Source of the DNA: Candidatus Aphodousia faecipullorum
GTDB lineage: Bacteria > Pseudomonadota > Gammaproteobacteria > Burkholderiales > Burkholderiaceae_F
NCBI GenBank assembly: GCA_018714205.1
Contig: DVNR01000026.1
Location: 2,285 to 66,284 of the forward strand
Direction of reading: 5' to 3'
DNA: 64,000 nt
The notes under the pieces are model-generated. The model had not been told where the DNA came from and did no database searches. It was given only the letters and a program-made list of their open reading frames with translations. Shown piece after piece: positions 54,153 through 64,000 of this stretch (positions are counted from its first letter, which is position 1; each line of letters begins with the position of its first letter). The position numbers were made by a program, and so were the translations under genes.

Positions 54153-54375
54153 ATCCGAGCGGAGATTGTACGAAATTTCAAACATTTTCGCCTTTCGACA
54201 TTCAAAAAAACACTCCAAATTGTTACATTCGGCAGACTGCGCAACGTTTATCAAAACTGTTTGATTTTTATAAGAAAAACAATAAACTATCACTACTTAT
54301 TGAACGGCTAGAGATTTCATTAACCGTACATCGTCAGCAACCACTTTCAACACTCTGATAAACAAAGGATTTTTT

Positions 54376-55527
54376 GTGTTTTCTCTAAAGAAAATCGCAC
54401 TGGCGACTTCACTTAGCTTCGCGACCTTAACTGCGCAGGCCGGTTTTGTCGACGCGTTTATCGACACCCTGCCTGGTGGCGTCTCCCCTTACCCTGACGC
54501 CGGCTTTTTCGGCAATCAGATCAATGGGATGCACGATATCATCGAACGAGGCAACACCAGCATTTTATTGCCTTCATATACCAATCACCCCCGTTGGGAT
54601 TACGAGAACCGCAACGAAGAAAATGCTTACCCGTTTGGCGCGGGGCTTGCCCGAGGTTATATCGATGAGCGCGGTAATGAACGCATGATGTACATCATGC
54701 TTTTTAGTGATTCCCACTATGAACCGGAACCCATTTTCGGTTACGCTTGGGTCGCTCGCTATCCCATCGCCAATACAGGATTTCATGTTGGAGCGGGCTA
54801 TACAGCAAGCCTCACATTCCGGGAGGACTATAACTGGGTCCCAATTCCGGTGCCGCTTCCTTTAGTGAGTGCCGGCACTGATTGGTTCAGCGTTTACGCA
54901 ACGTATATTCCAATCTCAAATGTCTTTTTCTTCTTCTCAAGGTTTGAGATTGATGACCGCAACTTGCGTCTGTCTCCGCTGCCGGAAACCAACCCATGGA
55001 GCAACAACACGACAACGCTTTATGCCCAAGGCTCTTGGGTGAAAAATGACTTGTCATCCGGTGACGGTGACTTCCCCGGTGGAATGACACTTTCCTCCGA
55101 CTCGGGCTTTAAGGTTGGTATTCAACAATTTCTCGATCGCCACTGGGCCCTTGATCTGAGCTATCAGCAAAGTGATCACGACTTGATGCGCCACAATCGC
55201 AAGGTTAACGACCTAGAACTCACTCACATTAACCTGTTGCTCCAATATCATTGGGAAGCCGCGGAGTCGTTACACCTGCATGTGGGAGGCGGTGCAGCTT
55301 ACTCGCAATTGAAAGCCGACATGACCGACTACAAGGAACACAGCATTAATCCGGTAGTGCAGACTGGCTTTACGTGGGCTATGACCAATCATTTGCGCTT
55401 AACTGGCGACATGACTGTCAACTTTGCTCACTTTAATAACGTCGACACGGCCGACGGCGATACGCTCGGCGGTCGTTTCAAACCTGGTAACGCAAGTTTT
55501 AACTTGGGCCTTGGTTTTGCCTTCTAG
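54376..55527 (+). CDS. pagP: PagP lipid A palmitoyltransferase fused to a C-terminal OmpW-like beta-barrel
   Basis: N-half follows PagP ([35 protein letters not shown]); C-half is a second amphipathic-strand barrel (LLLQYH, HVGGG, ending LGLGFAF). Confidence 0.8.
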   Translation: MFSLKKIALATSLSFATLTAQAGFVDAFIDTLPGGVSPYPDAGFFGNQINGMHDIIERGNTSILLPSYTNHPRWDYENRNEENAYPFGAGLARGYIDERGNERMMYIMLFSDSHYEPEPIFGYAWVARYPIANTGFHVGAGYTASLTFREDYNWVPIPVPLPLVSAGTDWFSVYATYIPISNVFFFFSRFEIDDRNLRLSPLPETNPWSNNTTTLYAQGSWVKNDLSSGDGDFPGGMTLSSDSGFKVGIQQFLDRHWALDLSYQQSDHDLMRHNRKVNDLELTHINLLLQYHWEAAESLHLHVGGGAAYSQLKADMTDYKEHSINPVVQTGFTWAMTNHLRLTGDMTVNFAHFNNVDTADGDTLGGRFKPGNASFNLGLGFAF

Positions 55528-55538
55528 TGAAAAGAAAA

Positions 55539-56828
55539 ATGGATACGAACGATTCTTTATTTGACCGTGCTCGCCGCTCCATCCCGGGCGGCGTCAATTC
55601 CCCCGTCCGCGCCTTTGGCTCCGTGGGCGGCGCTCCACGCTTTATGAAGCGTGCCCAAGGTCCTTATATGTGGGACGAGGACGGGAAACGCTATATCGAC
55701 TATATCTGCTCGTGGGGACCGATGATTCTGGGTCACAATAACCCAGAAGTCATTGAAGCGGTTCACCAAGCCGTTGACATGGGACTCACTTTTGGGTGCG
55801 CGACGGCACGGGAAATTGCCATCGCGGAAGAAATAAAAAAAATCATGCCCTCCATCGAAGAGGTCCGCTTGGTGAGTTCCGGCACTGAAGCCGGCATGAG
55901 CGCGATTCGCCTGGCCAGAGGTTTTACCGGTCGTAATAAGATCATCAAATTTGAAGGTTGCTATCACGGTCACAGCGACAGTCTTCTTGTCAAAGCCGGC
56001 TCGGGCATGCTGACCTTTGGCAATCCTAGCTCTGCCGGAGTTCCTGCTTCGGTGACCGAACACACACTAGTTCTTGAGTACAACAACTGCGAGCAACTTG
56101 AAGACGCTTTCAAACAGTATGGCAACGATATTGCCTGCGTGATTGTGGAAGCGATTGCTGGCAACATGAATATGGTGCCAGGCAAACCCGAGTTCATTCA
56201 TGCCATGCGTGAACTTTGCACCCAATACGGCGCGCTTCTCATTGTCGATGAAGTGATGACCGGTTTCCGTGTTGCTTTAAAAGGGGCTCAAAGTCTCTAT
56301 CAAGTCACCCCTGACATTACCATGTTTGGGAAAGTGATTGGCGGCGGAATGCCTGTGGCGGCCTTTGGCGGTCGACGAGATGTCATGGAAAAAATTGCCC
56401 CGTGCGGTCCTGTCTACCAAGCGGGCACTCTTTCGGGTAATCCAGTTGCCGTTGCCTGCGGTCTGAAAACTTTGCAGTTAATTCAAGCCGACGGTTTTTA
56501 TGATCGTCTCTCACGACAAACCAGCCGCCTAATGAAAGGCCTCAAAGCTGCCGCGGATGAAGCGGGTGTACCTTTTGCCGCGCAAAGTATCGGTGGAATG
56601 TTTGGGATTTATTTCTTGGATGAGCTTCCTCAAGGTTTTAGCGATGTTATGAAATCCAATACGCAGCGCTTTAACGTCTTCTTCCACGAAATGCTTGATC
56701 AAGGCGTTCACCTGGCACCTTCTGTGTTTGAAGCCGGCTTTGTCTCTATTGCTCACGATGACGCTGTCATTGACGAGACAATTGAAAAAGCAAAGAAAGC
56801 GTTTGCCAAAGTAGCTGAAACCATGTAA
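55539..56828 (+). CDS. hemL: Glutamate-1-semialdehyde 2,1-aminomutase
   Basis: [48 protein letters not shown]. Confidence 0.97.
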   Translation: MDTNDSLFDRARRSIPGGVNSPVRAFGSVGGAPRFMKRAQGPYMWDEDGKRYIDYICSWGPMILGHNNPEVIEAVHQAVDMGLTFGCATAREIAIAEEIKKIMPSIEEVRLVSSGTEAGMSAIRLARGFTGRNKIIKFEGCYHGHSDSLLVKAGSGMLTFGNPSSAGVPASVTEHTLVLEYNNCEQLEDAFKQYGNDIACVIVEAIAGNMNMVPGKPEFIHAMRELCTQYGALLIVDEVMTGFRVALKGAQSLYQVTPDITMFGKVIGGGMPVAAFGGRRDVMEKIAPCGPVYQAGTLSGNPVAVACGLKTLQLIQADGFYDRLSRQTSRLMKGLKAAADEAGVPFAAQSIGGMFGIYFLDELPQGFSDVMKSNTQRFNVFFHEMLDQGVHLAPSVFEAGFVSIAHDDAVIDETIEKAKKAFAKVAETM

Positions 56829-56850
56829 ACATTTTCGGCACTTCCATCAA

Positions 56851-56894
56851 AGAAGGTGTTGCAAATGTCCAGTTGGACATATTCAACACCTTCT
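56851..56894. repeat. Long inverted repeat after hemL (probable terminator; degenerate copy at about 57020-57060)
   Basis: AGAAGGTGTTG-CAA-ATGTCCA-GT-TGGACAT-ATT-CAACACCTTCT. Confidence 0.6.
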
Positions 56895-57157
56895 ATTCTT
56901 TTTTCAAAAATTTAGTCATCCCCTTAGCCATTTACCACCTTGGCACATAACGAGTTTGAATTTCAATACGTGCGTTTCCCTCTGAAATCAATGAATAAAT
57001 AAGTTCTGTAGAGAAAATTAAGGGATGCTGCTACACACTGGACTTTCACAACATCCTTCTTTTAAACAGTTATCCGACTATCGTCAATTTTTTTGCACGA
57101 TCTTGGGAAATTTCGTTATCCTAAACATCAGCTTCGGCTAATGTTACATAACTGAGT

Positions 57158-57541
57158 ATGTTAAAAACCATTCTCACAGTCCTGATTTCTACCATTTGCT
57201 CCATGGCGACCTCTTCCGCTATGGCGCACCACGATAGTGGTCGCTATTACAACCACCACGGCCAATACCAAGGACGCATTGATGACAACGGTCGTTCTTA
57301 CGACAGCAGCGGACGCTATACCGGACGCCAGGACGCCAACGGAAGACGATACGACAGCTCCGGGCGTTATCAAGGGCGAATAGATAATAATGGACGCCTC
57401 TACGATGAGTCCGGTCGGTATTGTGGACGCATCGATGATCATGGCCGCTACTACGATCAAACAGGCCGCTATCTGGGCAAAAAAGATCTCAACGGTCGTT
57501 TCTATGATCGATCTGGTCGATATCAAGGACGTGTTCAATAA
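57158..57541 (+). CDS. Small exported protein made of six 17-aa repeats
   Basis: Signal peptide ending AMA, then repeats R.YD..GRY.GR.D..G (last one truncated). Confidence 0.8.
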   Translation: MLKTILTVLISTICSMATSSAMAHHDSGRYYNHHGQYQGRIDDNGRSYDSSGRYTGRQDANGRRYDSSGRYQGRIDNNGRLYDESGRYCGRIDDHGRYYDQTGRYLGKKDLNGRFYDRSGRYQGRVQ

Positions 57542-57578
57542 GTTTTTGACGATGACTTTTTTTGAAAGGAAACTCGAA

Positions 57579-58853
57579 ATGTCTGACAAATATTTTGACG
57601 AAATGATCACAGCTCGCCGCACGATTCACCGTCGCCCAGAAGAAGGGTGGACGGAGTTCGAAACAATGTGGTATGTCTGCAGCCACTTGGATCAATGGGG
57701 AATCCCCTATTTGACCGGCACGAAAGTCATCAATCCGAAGTTTGCGATGGGCCGCAATGAACAATTGGTCAAAGACGCCATGGCCCGAGCTCTCAAGCAA
57801 GGTGTTCCCCAAGAATTTTTGGATAAAACCGAAGGCTACACCGGCGCCGTTGCCGTGATTGACACAGGCCGCCCAGGACCTGTCACGGCATTCCGCTTTG
57901 ACATGGACGCATTGCCTGTGCGAGAAAGCGATGATCCCGAGCATCCCCCTGTGAAAGAGGGCTTTGCAAGCGAACGACCGGGGTTGATGCATGCCTGCGG
58001 TCACGACGGTCATACCGCTGTGGGTCTCACGGTCGCTCATTGGCTCTGGGATCATAAAGAACAGTTCTGCGGTAAATTTAAAATTCTCTTCCAACCGGCA
58101 GAAGAAGGGGTTCGCGGCGCTCGTCCGATGGCCGAGTCAGGTATCGTTGATGACGCCAACTGGTTAGTCGGCAGTCACATTGGCGGGAATTTCAAACCGG
58201 GTGAAATTTGTGTCCAAACGGGCGGATTCCTAGCTTCAACCAAATTTGATATCACCTTCATTGGTCAGGAAGCTCATGCGGGCAATGCGCCCCATAAGGG
58301 TCACAGCGCATTGGTGGCCGCTGCCTGCGCCACGATGATGATTCAAGGCATTCCCCGTCACGGCGATGGAGACACCCGTGTCGCCGTCGGCAAACTCAAC
58401 GCCGGAGAAGGTCGCAACATTGTTGCCGCTCACGCCACCATGCAAATGGAAGTTCGTGGTTCAACGCAAGAAGTCAATGACTTTATGGCAGAAAACGTTG
58501 AACACATCATTGAGGGTGTGGAACGCGCCTACCAAGTTAAGGCCAATATCGAACGAGTGGGCGAGTCTTCTACCCTCGTCCTCTGCCCGAAGATTTTTGA
58601 CGTTCTTGAAGAAGCCATGCACAAAGTCCCCGGAGCCAAAGTTCTGCCGCGCTACAGCGCTCCAGCTGGCTCTGAAGACTGCTCTTGGTTGATTCGTCGC
58701 GTTGCTGAACATGGAGGCCAAGCTGGCTTCTTCCTCTTTGGCGCACTCAACCACGGTCACCACCGTCCAGACTTCGATATTCAAGACACGCAAACGTTGC
58801 CTATCGGCTTTAATACGTTCATTGAATTTGCCAAGATTGTTAATAAAGCCTAA
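57579..58853 (+). CDS. M20D amidohydrolase (AbgA-like), paralog 2
   Basis: RRTIHRRPE, FRFDMD, MHACGHDGH, FQPAEEG, GSED; start MSDKY after RBS AAGGA. Confidence 0.88.
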   Translation: MSDKYFDEMITARRTIHRRPEEGWTEFETMWYVCSHLDQWGIPYLTGTKVINPKFAMGRNEQLVKDAMARALKQGVPQEFLDKTEGYTGAVAVIDTGRPGPVTAFRFDMDALPVRESDDPEHPPVKEGFASERPGLMHACGHDGHTAVGLTVAHWLWDHKEQFCGKFKILFQPAEEGVRGARPMAESGIVDDANWLVGSHIGGNFKPGEICVQTGGFLASTKFDITFIGQEAHAGNAPHKGHSALVAAACATMMIQGIPRHGDGDTRVAVGKLNAGEGRNIVAAHATMQMEVRGSTQEVNDFMAENVEHIIEGVERAYQVKANIERVGESSTLVLCPKIFDVLEEAMHKVPGAKVLPRYSAPAGSEDCSWLIRRVAEHGGQAGFFLFGALNHGHHRPDFDIQDTQTLPIGFNTFIEFAKIVNKA

Positions 58854-58952
58854 ATCTTGTTGTTCGGACAGGAAAGTCCCACTAGGTGCCCCTTTTTTAA
58901 GCACATAGCTAACTTCCTGTCCCACTTAAGATTTCTGCCGATGGCTCCTAAC

Positions 58953-58975
58953 TTATTCACATATTCTGTGGATAA
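58953..58975. promoter_or_regulatory. Pair of inverted DnaA boxes
   Basis: TTATTCACA-TATTC-TGTGGATAA; both match the TTATNCACA consensus. Confidence 0.65.
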
Positions 58976-59067
58976 GTTTTTGGAGCCGTTTTGTTAGCAT
59001 CGGTGGGATTTTTTCTCAAATTTTGGAAATAATTTTGAAAAAAATTCAAAACACTTCCATTTTTGAA

Positions 59068-59577
59068 TTAAGGCGTCACCGGTTGCGCACTTGTCGGCAT
59101 TTTTGGACGCTCGATGTAAGCCCTTGTGCCCCAAAGCGGAATGGTAGATAGCGAATGATGGAAGCTGCCGGAAATTTCCTTCGTGGAATAGGCAAGATAC
59201 AAAAGCGTCTGGTTATCCGCGTCATATATTCGACGAATCTTCATATTTTTCAGAAAGATGCTCTTTGAGCGGTGAAACACCACTTCACCGTCTTTGCTCT
59301 TATCAATCGCTGCGATCATTTCCGGCGTGATGGGACCTGTCTGATGGCACTCAACCGAATTATTCGATGGATCACTTAAAGAAAGATTTGCCTCGATGCT
59401 TGCAACGTGACAAGTGACACCAGTCACCACTGGATCCACAAAATAGTTGATCTTAACGTCCTTGAGCGTCAAAAAACCCAAAGACACATCACCGACATCG
59501 TCCTGACTGTCACACCCGGTTAAAACGAGAGCACTCAACAGCCCGACCGCCACCAGAGTCTTTTTTAATTGAAACAT
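59068..59577 (-). CDS. creA: CreA family lipoprotein
   Basis: LVLTGC lipobox, DPVVTGVTCHV, SVECHQTG, RIYDADNQTLLYLAYS. Confidence 0.85.
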   Translation of the reverse strand: MFQLKKTLVAVGLLSALVLTGCDSQDDVGDVSLGFLTLKDVKINYFVDPVVTGVTCHVASIEANLSLSDPSNNSVECHQTGPITPEMIAAIDKSKDGEVVFHRSKSIFLKNMKIRRIYDADNQTLLYLAYSTKEISGSFHHSLSTIPLWGTRAYIERPKMPTSAQPVTP

Positions 59578-59681
59578 CGCAGCATCCTCATTGAATGATC
59601 TTTTGACTATACAGCAAAATATTTTTTCTCTGAAAGCATGCCATGCGTTTTCTGTTGCCAAACGTTACATTGACTACCAAG

Positions 59682-59719
59682 AAAAAAGCGCCTCCGGACA
59701 CACACCGGAAAGCGCTTTT
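59682..59719 (-). terminator. Terminator after TauE/SafE gene
   Basis: AAAAGCGC.TCCGG / CCGGA..GCGCTTTT stem with T tract on the minus strand. Confidence 0.65.
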
Positions 59720-59735
59720 CTTAGCTTGAAACCCA

Positions 59736-60530
59736 CTAGAAAGCACCACGATAAATAAACTGGCACCCTAAGACAAACATCACAGCCGAAAGAATGACAA
59801 TAATCAGGCGAGGTCGGCTCTTGTTGGATAATCTAGCTCCGATTTGCGCTCCCACCATAGCGCCACAACCGATTGCAATGGCTGGCATCCACACAATATG
59901 GTGCAAATAAGCATGACTGACAACGCCCACCAATGAACTGATCATCAGAACAAACGTGGAAGTCGCCACTGCAATATGAGCGGGAAAACCCAAAATAAAC
60001 ACCATCATCGGAACGTGAATGACGCCACCGCCGATCCCTAGAATGGATGAGAGGAACCCCACAAAGAAGGACAAACCAACTCCCAGGGGCAAATTGAATT
60101 GTGCCGTCTCAACAGAAAAATCGGCAGCCGATTTAGTCGCTTTCTTTGAACGGGATTTGCTGTACATGATGATTGCCAAAATGCACAGCGCCGTGCCGAA
60201 AATTAGGGAAAACGAGTTGCCGGAAAAATACTCCGTGATGTAGCTACCGAGAAAAGCACCCGGGATCGTCGCTAAAGCAAAGGGCGTTGCCGCTCTGAAC
60301 ATGACTCGATGTTGACGGATATAAGCCCAGGTGCCTGACAGGGCATTTAACAAAACGCCAAAAAGGCTGGTGCCGATTACTTGCTGAACATTAGCGAAAG
60401 TTGAACCATTCGGTGCCATCATGGTCAACATAAAAAGGGGCACCATGATCATGCCACCTCCGATACCCACCAAAGCACCAAACGTACCAATACCGATGCC
60501 TACAACAAAAAGCTCGATAAACTCGACCAT
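59736..60530 (-). CDS. TauE/SafE (TSUP) family membrane exporter
   Basis: Duplicated G.GGG...VP motifs (GIGGGMIMVP / GIGGGVIHVP) and GTS/ATS; about 8 TM helices. Confidence 0.88.
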   Translation of the reverse strand: MVEFIELFVVGIGIGTFGALVGIGGGMIMVPLFMLTMMAPNGSTFANVQQVIGTSLFGVLLNALSGTWAYIRQHRVMFRAATPFALATIPGAFLGSYITEYFSGNSFSLIFGTALCILAIIMYSKSRSKKATKSAADFSVETAQFNLPLGVGLSFFVGFLSSILGIGGGVIHVPMMVFILGFPAHIAVATSTFVLMISSLVGVVSHAYLHHIVWMPAIAIGCGAMVGAQIGARLSNKSRPRLIIVILSAVMFVLGCQFIYRGAF

Positions 60531-60649
60531 GCTGCATCCTTCCGATTAAAACTCATTTTTAGAAAAGTCGGTCAGTCGCGCACCGGCCGGCGTCTTCGAA
60601 CGGGCAGATTCTAGCATAGGCAAATGACGCCCCCGAGATATATGACTTG

Positions 60650-60676
60650 AGCTGACGGGCCCAAAGTCCGTCAGCT
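60650..60676 (-). terminator. Stem-loop after gltS
   Basis: AGCTGACGGGC-CCAAA-GTCCGTCAGCT; no clear U tract. Confidence 0.5.
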
Positions 60677-60681
60677 AAGCC

Positions 60682-61929
60682 TCATAATGTTGCCATCCAC
60701 GTAATAACAAGGGCATTGACCAAGTCAATGAGGAAAGCTCCCACTAAGCTCACGATCAACCAAGCACGAGCGTTGGAGCCATACTTTTCGGACAACCCTT
60801 GCATGACCGCCAATCCATTCGCGGTAGCGCCCATAGAAAACCCTACTCCACCCACTGCAAGCATGACAGTGTCATAGTTTTTCCCGAAAACTAAGAAAAT
60901 GACTAACCAAGCGAATAACAACGTCAAAACACATTGAGCAACTAAAATGACCGCCATCGGCACAGCGAGATTCACAAGCTCATAAAGCTTTAAACCGTTA
61001 ACAGCCATCGTCACAAAAAGCACCAAGCTGATATCCGCCACCGCATTGAGTCCATCACCTTGGATGTTGAATCGTCCGCTAAAGTCAGCGATATTGCGAA
61101 TCACCGCAGCGACAATCATTGAGCCGATATAAGCGGGAAGGGTGATATATTGGCTTAAAAAGTCTGACACAATGCTGCCGAGCGCCATACAGATCGCCAC
61201 CACTGCCGTAGCCTTCATCAATTCACCAGTAAACGCCGGCTTTTCCGCGGCATGTTCTTCCACTACGTCCGCTTTTAAATCATCAGGAATTCTGAGCGTT
61301 TTTTCCGGCACAGTAAGCGGTAACGGCGTTTGAATACGGTATTTATGAATTAACCATTCACCAAACGGCCCCCCAACAATCAAAGCCCCCGCCATGCCAA
61401 AAGTCGCCGACGTGATAGCGACAGCAGTTCCCCCTTCAATGCCATAGGTCTCTTCAAAATATGGACCAAAAGCTGCCGATGTCCCAAGACCACCCATCAT
61501 CGAGACACCACCAGTTAAAATCCCATAGTGCATATCAAGCCCCATGAGCGAGGCAATTGACATCCCCAAGACGTTCTGCAAAACAGCCAGCACACTGACA
61601 GCGACTAGAAAGAACAAGAGCAATAGTCCGCCTTGTTTCACAACTTTCAAACTCGCCATCAAACCAATGGTCGTAAAAAATGCAAGCATTAAAAGTGTCT
61701 GCAGTGTTGAATCAAATTGGACAACCAGAATTTCATAGGCCTGCAAAATAGACAGGATGACTGCAAGTATCATCCCCCCGATGACCGGACTAGGAATGGA
61801 CAACCGCTCCAAAAGATTTACCTTTGAACGAATCCAAACACCCAAATAATAAGTTACAACGGCCATTGCCAAGGTTTGAATCATGTTCACATGAATAACC
61901 AAGGCGCCACTATTGAGAATTGTATCCAT
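60682..61929 (-). CDS. gltS: Sodium/glutamate symporter
   Basis: IPSPVIGG, FFTTIGL, GG.GTSAA, ATFG, GATANG, GAFLIDLVNA. Confidence 0.88.
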   Translation of the reverse strand: MDTILNSGALVIHVNMIQTLAMAVVTYYLGVWIRSKVNLLERLSIPSPVIGGMILAVILSILQAYEILVVQFDSTLQTLLMLAFFTTIGLMASLKVVKQGGLLLLFFLVAVSVLAVLQNVLGMSIASLMGLDMHYGILTGGVSMMGGLGTSAAFGPYFEETYGIEGGTAVAITSATFGMAGALIVGGPFGEWLIHKYRIQTPLPLTVPEKTLRIPDDLKADVVEEHAAEKPAFTGELMKATAVVAICMALGSIVSDFLSQYITLPAYIGSMIVAAVIRNIADFSGRFNIQGDGLNAVADISLVLFVTMAVNGLKLYELVNLAVPMAVILVAQCVLTLLFAWLVIFLVFGKNYDTVMLAVGGVGFSMGATANGLAVMQGLSEKYGSNARAWLIVSLVGAFLIDLVNALVITWMATL

Positions 61930-62084
61930 GATTTCTGGCTCCTTATGTTATTGATAGTCCAAGCGTTTCTATGCGTTGAGTTTTTAGGATACGGCAATCG
62001 AATACCGGAAGATCGGAAAAAATACCTAGAACAATCAAAAATTTATTGATAGACACACTACTTAGGCATAGCACGTTAGCCCAT

Positions 62085-62115
62085 AAAAAAAGCCGCCGGA
62101 TTAACTTTCGGCGGC
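62085..62115 (-). terminator. Terminator after xanthine permease
   Basis: Minus strand GCCGCCGA...CGGCGGC followed by T7. Confidence 0.75.
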
Positions 62116-62136
62116 ACGAACTCAATCTTAGATTGA

Positions 62137-63510
62137 TTAAATTTCTTCGCTTTTGTTGTCCTTATACTCATCAATGCGAATCAGCGCATTCGCAACAATT
62201 GCTGTTAAACCGCCTGTCGTAATCCCAGAGGCAAAAAGATTGCGGAGTGTTTCCGGGAATTGCGACAAAATATTAGGCACCATTTCCACGCTCAAGCCAA
62301 ATGAAAAACTTAAAGCAATCACCAAAATGGCTTTGCGGTCAATGCGTTGACTCGCGATGATGCGCATACCGGCCGCCGCAACCGTACCAAACATCAGCAA
62401 CGTTGCGCCACCCAAAACAGGCTCAGGCATCAAAGAAAAGACCAAACCAATCGCTGGGAATATGCCCAACAACACCAAGAACCCAGCAATAAAATAACCG
62501 ACATAGCGACTTGCTACACCGGTCAATTGAATCATGCCATTATTTTGAGCAAAAATGGAGTTCGGGAAAGAGTTGAAAACGCCGGCCAACATGGAATTAA
62601 AACCATCGGCAAGAATGCCACCTTGAGCCCGCCGCATGAATTGCTCACCTCGAACAGGTTGACCAGAAATCATTGAGTTTGCCGTCACATCACCGTACGC
62701 TTCGATGGCCGTAATCAAATAAACGAGCGCCAAGCCAATAATGGCCCCCCAGTTGAAATCAATACCATATTTGAACGGCACAGGTATATTGAAGCCGCCA
62801 TAACTTTTCACTGAGGAGAAGTCGATCATGCCGATTGCCCACGAAACGACATAGCCGATACTTAAGCCAATCACGATGGAACTCATTCGCAAATAACGAT
62901 TGGAACTTCTGTTAAAGAAGATGATGGAAATCAGCACCAACGCAGCCAATCCCAAATTACGGAAGTTGCCGAATGTTCCATTTTCCATAGCGCCATAGCC
63001 ACCACCACAAGCAACGATGCCGACCTTAATCAGACTCATGCCAATCAACGTCACGACGATGCCGGAAATCAGGGGTGTAATAATTCGGCGTGTGTATTTG
63101 AGGATGCGGCTCACAAACATTTCCACTGTGGAGGCAACCATCGTTGCTCCGAAAACGCTCGCTAGGCCACCGGTCATTCCGGCTGAGATTATCGGACCGA
63201 TAAAGGAAAAACTTGTTCCCTGGATGCACAAAAGACCGCAACCGATCGGACCAATGGTCCGACATTGTATGAATGTTGCAAAGCCCGATACCATCAACGA
63301 CATCGAAACTAAATAACCGGTCGTTTCCCGATCCAGCCCCATGGCACCGGCAATGATCAAAGGCGGTGTGATAATGGCGACAAAAATCGCCAACATATGC
63401 TGCAATGCGGCGAAAAAGGTTTCCTTTAATGGAGGTCGGTCATTAAGGCCATAAATCAACTCTGTTGATTTGGCGGGTTCGGCGTGTTCTTGAAGATCGA
63501 TTTCAGCCAC
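62137..63510 (-). CDS. NCS2 xanthine/uric acid permease
   Basis: LQH motif, QGTSFSF, NAT signature AQNNGMIQLTG; GTG start. Confidence 0.92.
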   Translation of the reverse strand: MAEIDLQEHAEPAKSTELIYGLNDRPPLKETFFAALQHMLAIFVAIITPPLIIAGAMGLDRETTGYLVSMSLMVSGFATFIQCRTIGPIGCGLLCIQGTSFSFIGPIISAGMTGGLASVFGATMVASTVEMFVSRILKYTRRIITPLISGIVVTLIGMSLIKVGIVACGGGYGAMENGTFGNFRNLGLAALVLISIIFFNRSSNRYLRMSSIVIGLSIGYVVSWAIGMIDFSSVKSYGGFNIPVPFKYGIDFNWGAIIGLALVYLITAIEAYGDVTANSMISGQPVRGEQFMRRAQGGILADGFNSMLAGVFNSFPNSIFAQNNGMIQLTGVASRYVGYFIAGFLVLLGIFPAIGLVFSLMPEPVLGGATLLMFGTVAAAGMRIIASQRIDRKAILVIALSFSFGLSVEMVPNILSQFPETLRNLFASGITTGGLTAIVANALIRIDEYKDNKSEEI

Positions 63511-63519
63511 AGTCGTTCC

Positions 63520-63999
63520 TTACTCGCGAATAGTTATCCGGTTATTATCCAGACTGTCAATGATGGCTAAAGATTCAACGTGAATTCCCATCTCTCTTAA
63601 CTCATCTCCGCCGGCTTGGAAACCTTTTTCAATCAAAAAACCCATACCGACAAGCTCAGCGCCTGCCTGATTCACCAAATCGATGATGCCTTTGGCAGCG
63701 TTACCATTGGCTAAAAAGTCGTCAATAAAAAGGACTTTGTCCCCTGAATGCAAGTAGTCTTTACTCACGCAAACATCATAGGTGCGATTTTTCGTGAAAG
63801 AGAAAACTTTTGTCGCAAGCATGTTTTCCATTGTGCTCGGCACTTTCTTTTTTGCGAACACAACCGGCAATTCCAGTAAATAACCCACCATGATGGCCGG
63901 CGCAATGCCGCTTGCCTCAATCGTTAAAATTTTGTTGATATCCTGGCCGGCGAAACGACGAACGAATTCGACCGCCATAGACTTCATCAAAATGGGGTC
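63520..63999 (-). CDS. xpt: Xanthine phosphoribosyltransferase (5'-truncated by window edge)
   Basis: [35 protein letters not shown]. Confidence 0.93.
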   Translation of the reverse strand, partial: DPILMKSMAVEFVRRFAGQDINKILTIEASGIAPAIMVGYLLELPVVFAKKKVPSTMENMLATKVFSFTKNRTYDVCVSKDYLHSGDKVLFIDDFLANGNAAKGIIDLVNQAGAELVGMGFLIEKGFQAGGDELREMGIHVESLAIIDSLDNNRITIRE

Positions 64000-64000
64000 C

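Noticed and set aside
53873-54358. ORFs of 161, 72 and 74 aa
   Set aside because: They overlap the RNase P RNA gene and are shadow ORFs
57230-57541. CRISPR-like 51-nt periodicity
   Set aside because: The repeats are in-frame coding repeats with no invariant repeat plus unique spacer structure and no cas genes
57390-57578. N-terminal extension of the second amidohydrolase
   Set aside because: It overlaps the repeat-protein gene; the RBS and paralogue alignment support the start at 57579

Overview
Core-genome window of a betaproteobacterium. Gene order is Burkholderiales-like; the moderate GC and gut-type accessory genes suggest Sutterellaceae (inference). It carries the backbone proS-rppH ... 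obgE-rpmA-rplU / ispB-tRNA-Pro-coaE-yacG-mutT-secA-dciA-lpxC and the full dcw cluster (mraZ to ftsZ, with a MurE-MurF fusion). It also has leuABCD, feoAAB, rnpB, hemL, transporters and hydrolases. There is no intact mobile element, prophage or CRISPR array. Main observations: (1) an apparently rewired FtsZ-FtsA interface, where FtsZ ends in a Trp-rich peptide instead of the conserved IPxFLR tail, FtsA has substitutions at the E. coli D242/R300/E303-equivalent positions, zapD is absent from its usual locus and a terminator separates ftsA from ftsZ; (2) a PagP lipid A palmitoyltransferase fused to a second OmpW-like beta-barrel; (3) a CARB/RTG-like class A beta-lactamase homologue with a lipobox behind obgE; (4) PHO, Fur, MraZ and DnaA boxes; (5) an isolated IS200/IS605-like right end; (6) a secreted protein of six 17-aa repeats. 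All homology calls come from motif recognition by eye; no database searches were run.
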